IMG/VR virus record: IMGVR_UViG_3300025424_000296
Location: 1 to 64,000 of that record
Length of the DNA stretch: 64,000 nucleotides
Reading direction: 5' to 3' (one strand)
DNA from: a virus
Shown here: one piece after another, positions 19,822 through 27,625 of the stretch
How the letters are laid out: each line of letters begins with the position of its first letter
Numbering within the stretch: the stretch's first letter is position 1
Position numbers and translations under genes: made by a program
The notes under the pieces: model-generated
Databases searched by the model: none
The model's input: only the letters and a program-made list of their open reading frames with translations
What the model was told of the DNA's origin: nothing

Positions 19822-20007
19822 ATGAAAAAGCCTGTTAATCATGAAATGGTCAAGATAGACGAGGTACTAAAGGTACTCGATGATTTCAGAGTGGATATCA
19901 AGCAAACTTATAAATCTTCAGATCTTATTGATCAAATAGAACGCAAGATATTAACATTAGAGACCAAACGACGATTAGTTGTTATAGACGGTGGCAAGAA
20001 CAAGTAA
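19822..20007 (+). CDS. Hypothetical protein ending LVVIDGGK
   Basis: ORF track; C-terminal L.VI.GGK motif is common in alphaproteobacterial proteins. Confidence 0.55.
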   Translation: MKKPVNHEMVKIDEVLKVLDDFRVDIKQTYKSSDLIDQIERKILTLETKRRLVVIDGGKNK

Positions 20008-20017
20008 AGGACAAAAA

Positions 20018-20467
20018 ATGAACCCAATAATCAGAATGGATCTACCTCATGGAATGGTATTAATAGAGTGTTTTCCAAATTTAGCTCCAACACACGTAGC
20101 ACAAATTATTAAAATATCAAATGACGGTGCATATGATGGGGTACCATTTCATAGAGTTATCGATGGCTTTATGGCACAAGGCGGAGCTACTATGAAAGGC
20201 TATCCGCAGCTTCAAGCTGAATTTAATGATGCTCCGCACGTAGAAGGCATGTGTAGTATGGCTAGAACCCCTGATCCAAACAGTGCAAGTGATCAGTTCT
20301 TTATTTGCATAGCTAATGCACAATTTCTAGATAGACAATACACAGTATGGGGTCGAGTGATGTATGGAATTGAACATGTCCACGCAATTGCCAAGGGTGA
20401 ACCACCTGCAAATCCAACACCAATTGTCAAAATGCGATCAGTTGATCCTACAAGCATTGGAGCATAA
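20018..20467 (+). CDS. Cyclophilin-type peptidyl-prolyl isomerase
   Basis: AP.HV, YDG..FHRVIDGFMAQGG, SMAR..DPNSA..QFFI, LD.QYTVWG.V. Confidence 0.95.
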   Translation: MNPIIRMDLPHGMVLIECFPNLAPTHVAQIIKISNDGAYDGVPFHRVIDGFMAQGGATMKGYPQLQAEFNDAPHVEGMCSMARTPDPNSASDQFFICIANAQFLDRQYTVWGRVMYGIEHVHAIAKGEPPANPTPIVKMRSVDPTSIGA

Positions 20468-20469
20468 TT

Positions 20470-20724
20470 GTGGATGTTCTCGATTTTACAATGCTGGAAA
20501 ATCAACTGAGTCATAGCAAAGTTAAGATTGAGTTTATCAAAGTCGATGGTACATATCGAGTTATGATATGTACCAAATCTCCAGTAATAATTACGTCCGC
20601 AAATATGCCAGCTAATACCACAAACGCAGTGAACCAATCAATACTTAAGGTTTTTGATTTGGAAAAACAAGCTTGGAGAAGTATGCGCAAAGATCGTATA
20701 ACACAATGGGAACTATATGAATAG
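20470..20724 (+). CDS. WYL_2/SH3-like beta-barrel protein
   Basis: F.K.DGT.R.M.CT...VFDLEKQAWRS. Confidence 0.75.
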   Translation: MDVLDFTMLENQLSHSKVKIEFIKVDGTYRVMICTKSPVIITSANMPANTTNAVNQSILKVFDLEKQAWRSMRKDRITQWELYE

Positions 20725-21451
20725 TAAATGGTTAGAAAATCTTCAGAATCCTATGAACCAAAATGGGGTTTACATGATAGAAAGGTTTTCTAAAATTTTA
20801 AATTTAATAAATCCAAGTGAAATTAAAACAATATTTGAAATTGGAAGTTGGCATGCTATTGATGCACTAAATTTAGCGTATGTCTTTCACGATGCTGATG
20901 TTCATGTATTCGAACCAGTTCCTGAAAATATGAAACAGTGCGTGACAAATTTAACAATACCGCCAGATTCGGTTGCTAATCGTGTTCATTTACATGAGAT
21001 TGCTGCTAATGATGTAACCGGACCAATGTACTTTTATCCACTTGACTTAGAAAAACAGATAGGTGATAATCACGGTATCGGAAGTAAATTTCAATTGATA
21101 GATCCAAACTTTTATCAAAATCAACATAATATACAACGTAAAATAACCGTACAGGGTTATAGACTAGATGAATGGTGTAAAGAAAATAATATTGATAGTG
21201 TTGATTTCATTTGGATGGATGCACAGGGATCTGAACTTGATGTTCTAAAAGGTCTTGACAATATGCTAGATCACACTCAGATCATTATGACAGAAGTTGG
21301 AGTTAAAGAGTATTATCATGGGCAAACCCTTAAACCAGAAATAGACGAGTTTTTAGAAGCTCGAGGATTTATTGAATACACACCAAGTAGACGATATGCA
21401 CATGAGTATGAAATTGATACTATATACTTAAATCAAAAAATTAAATATTGA
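20717..21451 (+). CDS. FkbM-family methyltransferase
   Basis: IFEIGS, FEP.P, RLDEW, DFIWMDAQGSELDVLKG. Confidence 0.9.
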   Translation: MNSKWLENLQNPMNQNGVYMIERFSKILNLINPSEIKTIFEIGSWHAIDALNLAYVFHDADVHVFEPVPENMKQCVTNLTIPPDSVANRVHLHEIAANDVTGPMYFYPLDLEKQIGDNHGIGSKFQLIDPNFYQNQHNIQRKITVQGYRLDEWCKENNIDSVDFIWMDAQGSELDVLKGLDNMLDHTQIIMTEVGVKEYYHGQTLKPEIDEFLEARGFIEYTPSRRYAHEYEIDTIYLNQKIKY

Positions 21452-21492
21452 TTAATTAAGCGTTTGAAATTATTAGGCTAATTTATTTAAAA

Positions 21493-22275
21493 TTAGCCTA
21501 TTTGTTTCATTTCTGGTTGGTTACCAATTTGCTTAACTGAATCTTGCTCTGGCCAAGCATAGATATATTTGCCCATCATGTCCTGGACAACTAAGAATCT
21601 AATTCCAGATGCAGTGTAGCTGATAGTATCTGCAGTATATCCCTGCATGGTAGAACCGTAATCCATTTTAGCACGATCAACTTCTTCGCCGTTGGTCTTT
21701 AACCATTTGGCCACGGCATCAACTTCTCTGTTACTATTTGGACCTTGTCCACCTAGGTTAGCAATGACCGTAATATCTTCGATTGGAGTAGTAGTATATG
21801 GTTTGAATGTTTCCCTACCAAGCACACGAATCTGCTTGCTCATATAACCTGGAAGATTCTTAACTTGATGCCAGTCTGGGTTGACAGTTGACTGATCACC
21901 TACTTCGCTGCCAACAGTTGTCATTGCTTTGCTAATAAGCGCAGGAACTGTATCTGCTGCAACTGGTGTTGCACTTGCTGCGGGTAAATCTGGCTCTGCT
22001 GCTAATGCTGCATCAGGTATGTTCAAACTTCCTAATTTTTGAGCAGCATCTGGACTCATGTTTACCTTGCTCATGGCTTTTTTGGTAGCAGGTGCAGAAG
22101 CTTGTTTGAGTTTTGGTAATTCAGCTTTGTTATCCGGCTTTCCCACACTTGACTGTGATTTTGCAGTGGTTAATTCGCCCTTTGAAGTGGGTTCATCAAA
22201 CATTGTATCCCAATCTATATCAGTTGGGTCTGTTGTTTTTGTTGGTTTTGCTTCGGTGATCTCGTGTATTTTCAT
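21493..22275 (-). CDS. Hypothetical late protein, MKIHEITEA N-terminus
   Basis: TAAATA 8 nt upstream of ATG 22275; low-complexity N-half and folded C-half. Confidence 0.7.
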   Translation of the reverse strand: MKIHEITEAKPTKTTDPTDIDWDTMFDEPTSKGELTTAKSQSSVGKPDNKAELPKLKQASAPATKKAMSKVNMSPDAAQKLGSLNIPDAALAAEPDLPAASATPVAADTVPALISKAMTTVGSEVGDQSTVNPDWHQVKNLPGYMSKQIRVLGRETFKPYTTTPIEDITVIANLGGQGPNSNREVDAVAKWLKTNGEEVDRAKMDYGSTMQGYTADTISYTASGIRFLVVQDMMGKYIYAWPEQDSVKQIGNQPEMKQIG

Positions 22276-22332
22276 AGTGATATTATTTATTTGAAAACTG
22301 TGATGTAGCAAAAATGCAACACTCTAATTTCT

Positions 22333-22362
22333 GGTTGACAGCTGATTAAAAGACGTTATAGT
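22333..22362 (+). promoter_or_regulatory. Early sigma70-like promoter
   Basis: GGTTGACA-N16-TATAGT. Confidence 0.7.
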
Positions 22363-22392
22363 GTCACTATGACCAATAGGAGACCTCCAAAA

Positions 22393-22521
22393 ATGGCTAA
22401 AATCAATCCAGTTGCGAAAGCATTGGCTAGCGGTTCATGCCGTCCACAGGTTGTAAAAGCTCGCAAAGGTAAAGGCTCATATTCCCGTCGAGAACGATAC
22501 AGGCCGCTCGGGCGATACTGA
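22393..22521 (+). CDS. arfA: ArfA-like alternative ribosome rescue factor (42 aa, not in ORF track)
   Basis: MAKINPVAKALASGSCRPQVVKARKGKGSYSRRERYRPLGRY contains the ArfA signature N...AL.....R..V.K..KGKGSY.R; AGGAG RBS; TGATG coupling. Confidence 0.7.
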   Translation: MAKINPVAKALASGSCRPQVVKARKGKGSYSRRERYRPLGRY

Positions 22522-22979
22522 TGTTAGCTAATCGAGATAAACGTATCATGCAATTTATTAGGCGTCAAGCAATTGACGTTGAAAAGGTTAGTAATGCTCG
22601 TGTCGCTGCGGGTATTGCTATTAAAGGACAGTTGATCTCAACTGGCAAAAACAGCCGACGAACTCACCCCTTCCAGAAACAATTTAGTAAGAACGATCAT
22701 GCAATATTTTTTCATGCTGAAACTTGCGCTATTAGCAATAGCCTTAACCATATCCATAAAGACGATCTAAGACGTGCTACCTTGTTTATACATCGTGTTA
22801 AAATACCACTGCGATACAGTACAGAATGGGTAGATGGATTAGCTAAACCTTGTAATGGTTGCATGGCTGCTGTTGCTGCATTTAATATTCGCAGAGTTGT
22901 GTATAGTACAGATGTAAACCACAAATATGTGATATTAGAACGTAATAGTAAATGGTCTTGTGACGAGATAGGAGTATAA
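22521..22979 (+). CDS. Zn-dependent cytidine/adenosine deaminase superfamily protein
   Basis: HAE and PCxxC motifs. Confidence 0.85.
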   Translation: MLANRDKRIMQFIRRQAIDVEKVSNARVAAGIAIKGQLISTGKNSRRTHPFQKQFSKNDHAIFFHAETCAISNSLNHIHKDDLRRATLFIHRVKIPLRYSTEWVDGLAKPCNGCMAAVAAFNIRRVVYSTDVNHKYVILERNSKWSCDEIGV

Positions 22980-22980
22980 A

Positions 22981-23262
22981 ATGAAAGATCTAATAGCAAC
23001 TGTACGTGAGTATTCAAACAAAATCATAAACGATAGAGAACCTGTAGACATATTCGAAGCTCTACGCGACGAGGTAGAAGAGCTTGATGCAGAAATGTAC
23101 GGATATAGCCAAGGTGAAGATGGTATAGCAGGTGAAGCAATTGATGTTATTAATTGTGCGTTGGATTTGATCTTCAAAGCCAATCCAGAATGGACCAATG
23201 ATGATATCGTAGCATATGCTGAAAAGAAATGCCAGAAATGGTTAGAGAAAAATAGTGGTTGA
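22981..23262 (+). CDS. MazG-like NTP pyrophosphohydrolase
   Basis: DEVEEL...GEAIDVI..ALD (ExxE...ExxD). Confidence 0.75.
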   Translation: MKDLIATVREYSNKIINDREPVDIFEALRDEVEELDAEMYGYSQGEDGIAGEAIDVINCALDLIFKANPEWTNDDIVAYAEKKCQKWLEKNSG

Positions 23263-23287
23263 CATACAGTAGTCAGATGCTACTGTA

Positions 23288-23380
23288 ATACAAACAACGG
23301 ACAACTGGACGCAGGCCCTGCGAAGTGAGATAGGGAGGTAGCTGCCCGAAGGCATGGAGGGTGTCCGTTGGTTTGTGTAT
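23288..23380 (+). ncRNA. Candidate structured small RNA or 5' leader
   Basis: Starts right after TTGACA-N16-TACTGT promoter; 16-bp closing helix with one bulge; internal hairpins CGCAG/CTGCG and TGCC-CGAA-GGCA; GC-rich. Confidence 0.5.
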
Positions 23381-23396
23381 AAACAAGGAGTGAGAC

Positions 23397-23612
23397 GTGA
23401 AAAATGCAGTCCACTTTGTTGGTTTCAGAGGCAACGAATATGTAAACGCAGTTCGAGTTTTTGGTAAACCGGACTTTGTACATCGCTCCTGGGATATCCG
23501 CGCCCAGCAAGAAGTTGACCAAAATGATAGGGTTATTTTCGCTCGTACCCGAGATTTAGAGCGTATACAGACGCCAAAAAGCCAGGCTTTTGACGATTCT
23601 GCGGTAATGTAA
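23397..23612 (+). CDS. Hypothetical protein (VHFVGFRG.EY..A.RVFG.PDFVH..WD)
   Basis: AAGGAG RBS, GTG start. Confidence 0.75.
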   Translation: MKNAVHFVGFRGNEYVNAVRVFGKPDFVHRSWDIRAQQEVDQNDRVIFARTRDLERIQTPKSQAFDDSAVM

Positions 23613-23638
23613 ACAAACTTTTTTCCTTGATTTAGTAA

Positions 23639-23705
23639 AATCAACGACTTATAAGCACCAAAATGTTTAGATTTTGGTTGACGGGACAGCTAATGGTGCT
23701 ATTGT
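23639..23705 (+). promoter_or_regulatory. IHF-consensus site plus early promoter
   Basis: AATCAACGACTTA (23639-23651); TTGACG-N13-TGC-TATTGT. Confidence 0.65.
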
Positions 23706-23744
23706 ATGTGTATAAGCAGTTAAACACAAACAAGGAGTAAACAA

Positions 23745-24239
23745 ATGGATAAGGTTTTTGCAGTTGCCGGCATTAGCAAAATGGACGGCGTTTACAAGGT
23801 TCGCTTTGCTAAAGACATGAGTCGTGTTAAGGTTCTCGAGAAGAACGGGCACACGTATGTGCGCTTGATAGAACTTCCCGAGGCTATGGACAAGGCTGCT
23901 GCTGTTGCATTCCTTAAGGCTCATAAGAGCTTCCAGGATACGGTAGCACAGGATACACTTGCTGGTGAAGGTAAGGCAGCTCCGGCTCCAAAAGTCAAGG
24001 CAGCTAAACCAAATATTGCTCAACCAACTTTTGTTCCTAAGGCCGAAGTTGCTAAGACTCCTGCGGAAATCGAGCGCATCAAAGCCAAGAACTTGGCTAC
24101 ACTGCGTAAGGTTGGCAAGAGCTGGCAGGAAGTCCGTGATACAGAAGGTGAGCAAATGCTTGTTGAAGCCATGGAACATATTGATGCTCTTAGCGAAGCT
24201 GGTGTTCCTAACTACCGTTGGGCTCGAATTGATGACTAA
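23745..24239 (+). CDS. Basic early protein, paralog of 15517..15849
   Basis: AAGGAG RBS; shared N-domain; Ala/Lys/Pro-rich linker; hairpin terminator follows. Confidence 0.8.
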   Translation: MDKVFAVAGISKMDGVYKVRFAKDMSRVKVLEKNGHTYVRLIELPEAMDKAAAVAFLKAHKSFQDTVAQDTLAGEGKAAPAPKVKAAKPNIAQPTFVPKAEVAKTPAEIERIKAKNLATLRKVGKSWQEVRDTEGEQMLVEAMEHIDALSEAGVPNYRWARIDD

Positions 24240-24338
24240 TAGAGAGGGGCCAAGTCCCCTCTCAACTTTTTGGTTGACAAGTTACAAATACATGCTACTA
24301 TATCCATACAACATCAATTAGCAACAAAGGACCACGTT

Positions 24339-24479
24339 ATGAAAACGTTTAAAGTTAAGATCCGTGTTAGTAACGCCGGCTCTACACAAACAACCACTGT
24401 GAATGCTGACAACTATCAAAATGCTAAACATATGGCTGAGATGTTATACGGTAAGTCAAATGTGATTATGGTCTGGTAG
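24339..24479 (+). CDS. Small hypothetical protein
   Basis: Own early promoter (24274-24301), AAGGA RBS; similar pattern to 25248..25406. Confidence 0.65.
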   Translation: MKTFKVKIRVSNAGSTQTTTVNADNYQNAKHMAEMLYGKSNVIMVW

Positions 24480-24492
24480 AAAGCATATTAAC

Positions 24493-25227
24493 ATGATACC
24501 TAAAATTGTACACATCTGCTGGGATGATAAAAACGTTCTTAATCATCAATCACCTATGATTTTAAATGGATTGAAAAATTTATCATTGCTCAATCCAGAT
24601 TGGAAAATACAAATACATAGTGATCAAGACGTAGATGATTATATAAAAAACATGTTAAGCCCTGTTGATTACAGTTTATATACTAATACTCATATCGTTG
24701 AAAAATGCGATATTTGGAGACTGTTTAAACTGTATAATGAAGGAGGCTTATATATTGATATAGATCGCTTTTGCAATGTAAGTTTTGATGATATACTAAC
24801 TCCGGACATTAAATGGGTACTACCTACTTGTAATGATTATGATTTTTCTCATGATTTTATGATGAGTAGTCCGGGTAATCCAGTTTTTGCTAGTACTATC
24901 AATCTTATTTTAGAACGCAGGAGAGCAGGACATACAAATGTTTATTTTCTAGGACCTCAAACATATATGCATGCTATAACAATTCTATTAACTGGAGAAA
25001 TAATCAACACTAACCCGGGACAAGCAAAATTTGCAGAACTTAGAAACATTATATCAAAATTTGAATTTATTTTGACTTATAAAGAAAATGAACCATATGA
25101 TACAATAATCTACAAACATGACCCTGAATACTTTAAACAGGGAAATAGTATAGAAACAGATTTTGAAAAAATAAAACAAGAATTTTATAGGTCGTACAAT
25201 GTAAAACATTGGACAGGGGAATGGTGA
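24493..25227 (+). CDS. GT32 (DxD, OCH1-like) glycosyltransferase
   Basis: MIPKIVH..W, LNPDW, DIWR...LY..GGLYIDID. Confidence 0.88.
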   Translation: MIPKIVHICWDDKNVLNHQSPMILNGLKNLSLLNPDWKIQIHSDQDVDDYIKNMLSPVDYSLYTNTHIVEKCDIWRLFKLYNEGGLYIDIDRFCNVSFDDILTPDIKWVLPTCNDYDFSHDFMMSSPGNPVFASTINLILERRRAGHTNVYFLGPQTYMHAITILLTGEIINTNPGQAKFAELRNIISKFEFILTYKENEPYDTIIYKHDPEYFKQGNSIETDFEKIKQEFYRSYNVKHWTGEW

Positions 25228-25247
25228 TTACAGAAAAAGGAAATGCT

Positions 25248-25406
25248 ATGATAATTGAGAGATACAAGTTCTCTGTTTGGATTAATTCAATCGGACAGAG
25301 CTTTGATGTTATTATTCACAGTGACAGTTATTATCATGCTGAGATACAGGCAAAAGCACAGTACCCAAACGCTTATAAAATTATTTCATGTGGACGAGTA
25401 TTTTAA
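25248..25406 (+). CDS. Small hypothetical protein
   Basis: AAGGA RBS; D.Y..A...A.AQY pattern. Confidence 0.55.
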   Translation: MIIERYKFSVWINSIGQSFDVIIHSDSYYHAEIQAKAQYPNAYKIISCGRVF

Positions 25407-25413
25407 TAAAAGG

Positions 25414-25438
25414 TTGAAAGGGGCTGAGCCCCTTTCAA
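25414..25438. terminator. Bidirectional terminator
   Basis: TTGAAAGGGGC-TGA-GCCCCTTTCAA between convergent ORFs. Confidence 0.75.
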
Positions 25439-25439
25439 A

Positions 25440-25625
25440 TCAAGCAACAAGGGTTTCTTCTTCTAGCGCCGCAATTTGATCGCGAATAGCCAGTTTTTTC
25501 TTTTTGAGTTTGTGCAAATATGCAAACTCGTCATCAGTCATTAATTCTGCTTTACGTTTTTGGAGACTTGATATTTCTAGATCTATTTCGCGATGTTTAT
25601 TAATAAGATGATCTAAATTTGTCAT
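25440..25625 (-). CDS. YdcH/DUF465-like coiled-coil protein
   Basis: L..KH..ID..I..L...L..LKKKKL.IRDQI. Confidence 0.75.
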   Translation of the reverse strand: MTNLDHLINKHREIDLEISSLQKRKAELMTDDEFAYLHKLKKKKLAIRDQIAALEEETLVA

Positions 25626-25696
25626 GTTATCCTCCTTTATACCAGCTCTGATGAGCTAGTATAATGTTAATAATTCATGTCATAGTTTGCAAGAGT

Positions 25697-26587
25697 CTAG
25701 TCTGCTTTGTGAGTCATTTTTGGAATTGGAGTATCGTTTAGTTCTCGTTTATTCTTATACAATACTCTGTTACCTAATATTTCAATCCATAATTTAGTCT
25801 TTGGACTATTTAACGCCCAAAAGTTGAACGATAGGTTAGATTGAACTGGGCGTATAAACATAGTATCTTCGCTGGGTATCAACATGATCTGACTAGTGGT
25901 GCGCATCTTCTTTCTATCATCGGCAGTACGCAAGCAATTCAATTGTGGATTGTCTATATAAGTTCCAGCTAAACCGTCTATCATGTCATCTGCTGATTTG
26001 GCACGATCAACCACATACTCAGCTATCTTCTTACGACTTTCGGAACTAAGACGACTCATGATTTGATTTTCGTTCTCTGGATCTTTTTGATATCCAGCCC
26101 AGTCCAACCACACGCCGTGATTGGTTCTTACTATGGTTTCATCTCGAGGAATTTCTCTGATTTTATAAGTATATTTTCTATCAGCATATCCGCCCGGCTC
26201 CCAGCAACCTTCTAATAGATAACAAGTGTCTTTGTCAAATATCAGTGTATTACCGGGTAACTTTGATTTAATCAAATACATGGCAGCCGCTTTGACATTT
26301 GGATAACGCAAAGCTCGCTTTAGTTTAGCACCATCTTTGCTGGGTGTTTTACTACGTACTGTTATTTCTTTTTCGTCGTCTTTGACCATGAGGCTTGCAC
26401 TTATTATGCACACACCGCCGCTGTTTAATCCCTCACAGTACTGTGTAACATCATCCCAGAACATGAGAATCTCTACACCATTACTGGTAGTACTTTTAAA
26501 ACTGATTTCTGGAACATAGTTTCGATCTCTATTTTTTACTCCGATCCACCCAATATTATCAAAATATTTTGCTGAAATTATACACAT
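25697..26587 (-). CDS. N-terminal nucleophile (Cys2) hydrolase-like protein
   Basis: MC start, KNRD, EGLN..G, RTNH motifs. Confidence 0.7.
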   Translation of the reverse strand: MCIISAKYFDNIGWIGVKNRDRNYVPEISFKSTTSNGVEILMFWDDVTQYCEGLNSGGVCIISASLMVKDDEKEITVRSKTPSKDGAKLKRALRYPNVKAAAMYLIKSKLPGNTLIFDKDTCYLLEGCWEPGGYADRKYTYKIREIPRDETIVRTNHGVWLDWAGYQKDPENENQIMSRLSSESRKKIAEYVVDRAKSADDMIDGLAGTYIDNPQLNCLRTADDRKKMRTTSQIMLIPSEDTMFIRPVQSNLSFNFWALNSPKTKLWIEILGNRVLYKNKRELNDTPIPKMTHKAD

Positions 26588-26705
26588 TTAATAAACCTCT
26601 GCGATTAGATATTTATGCAACCTTTTGAGTGAGTTATGTTATTGGATATATCACCACATACTGCTATTAAATACACTAGTTGACCAACTCTGATAAGGAG
26701 GTTCC

Positions 26706-26909
26706 GTGGTAAAAGTATATCAACAAGACACATATAATTATTACCCAGATGAACCCTCCGCTTCATATAGAGAAGGTTTACGAGCATATAGAAGTTGGTT
26801 AAATTCCGGCAATCGACGCCCAGAAAATCCCTACTGGTTTGGATTAGATGAAAGCAGAGATTATCTCGAATGGGAACGCGGTTGGCTAGATGGTAGCTTT
26901 GAAATCTAA
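26706..26909 (+). CDS. Ribosome modulation factor (RMF)-like protein
   Basis: Y.EG..A....G....NPY.......W..GW..G matches the RMF-fold signature; GGAGG RBS; TAAATA upstream. Confidence 0.5.
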   Translation: MVKVYQQDTYNYYPDEPSASYREGLRAYRSWLNSGNRRPENPYWFGLDESRDYLEWERGWLDGSFEI

Positions 26910-27613
26910 CGATTGAGAGTCTTACAATTATTAAAATGATATCTTGCCATATTTCTATGTCCGCCTACTTTTTTACAATGCGGGCAAATTACTGGTTGTT
27001 GCTTCATATCTTGTTTAGCCCTTGCAATTCTGATTTTTTCTAAAGTTGATTCTTTTATTCCGTTGGTTTCGTAATAACGTTTTAATGACTGGGCTCGTTT
27101 ATTTTTTGTAGCAGTTGAATCTTTTCTACCTCGGTGAGAATTAGCTCTTTTGCGCTTAGTTTCTTCTGATTGTTTTCGGCCTTTTAAAGTTTTACTTATT
27201 TTAGCTTTTGTTTCTTGAGTTATTACTTGTTTAGCTCTTGCCGCACGTTTTTTACGTAGTGTGTCTTCTGATTGTTTTCGACCTTTTAATATTTTAGCAC
27301 GTTCTTCCTTTAAATATTTGTATGTTCTATTAGATATATTATTAAATTTATTCTCATTAGTTTTCATAGTCATAGCCCACGCAGCGAAAATCATCTTTCG
27401 TTTAGCGTCTCCGTGAGTCATTTTAGGTAATAGTCTATGACATATAAAATGTTCTTTAGCTGTTAACGATACCAAGTTACTTTTATCGTCAGACCCGCCG
27501 ATAGATTTTGGTATAATATGATGTTTTTCAGTATACCCATTAATGATTCTTAATTTAGCATGTTCTATTATTTTATAGTAAGTTTTTGTATATTTGTTCT
27601 GTATAAATGTCAT
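26906..27613 (-). mobile_element. Free-standing HNH homing endonuclease with NUMOD3 repeats
   Basis: EKHHIIPKSIGG.D..SNLV.LTAKEHFICH; repeated GRKQSEET.RK. Confidence 0.9.
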
Positions 27614-27625
27614 TAAGATCCTGAT

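Noticed and set aside
23288-23390. CsrB/Rsm-type sRNA call
   Set aside because: The GGA motifs are mostly not in hairpin loops and CsrA is generally absent from the inferred host class; kept only as an unnamed structured RNA
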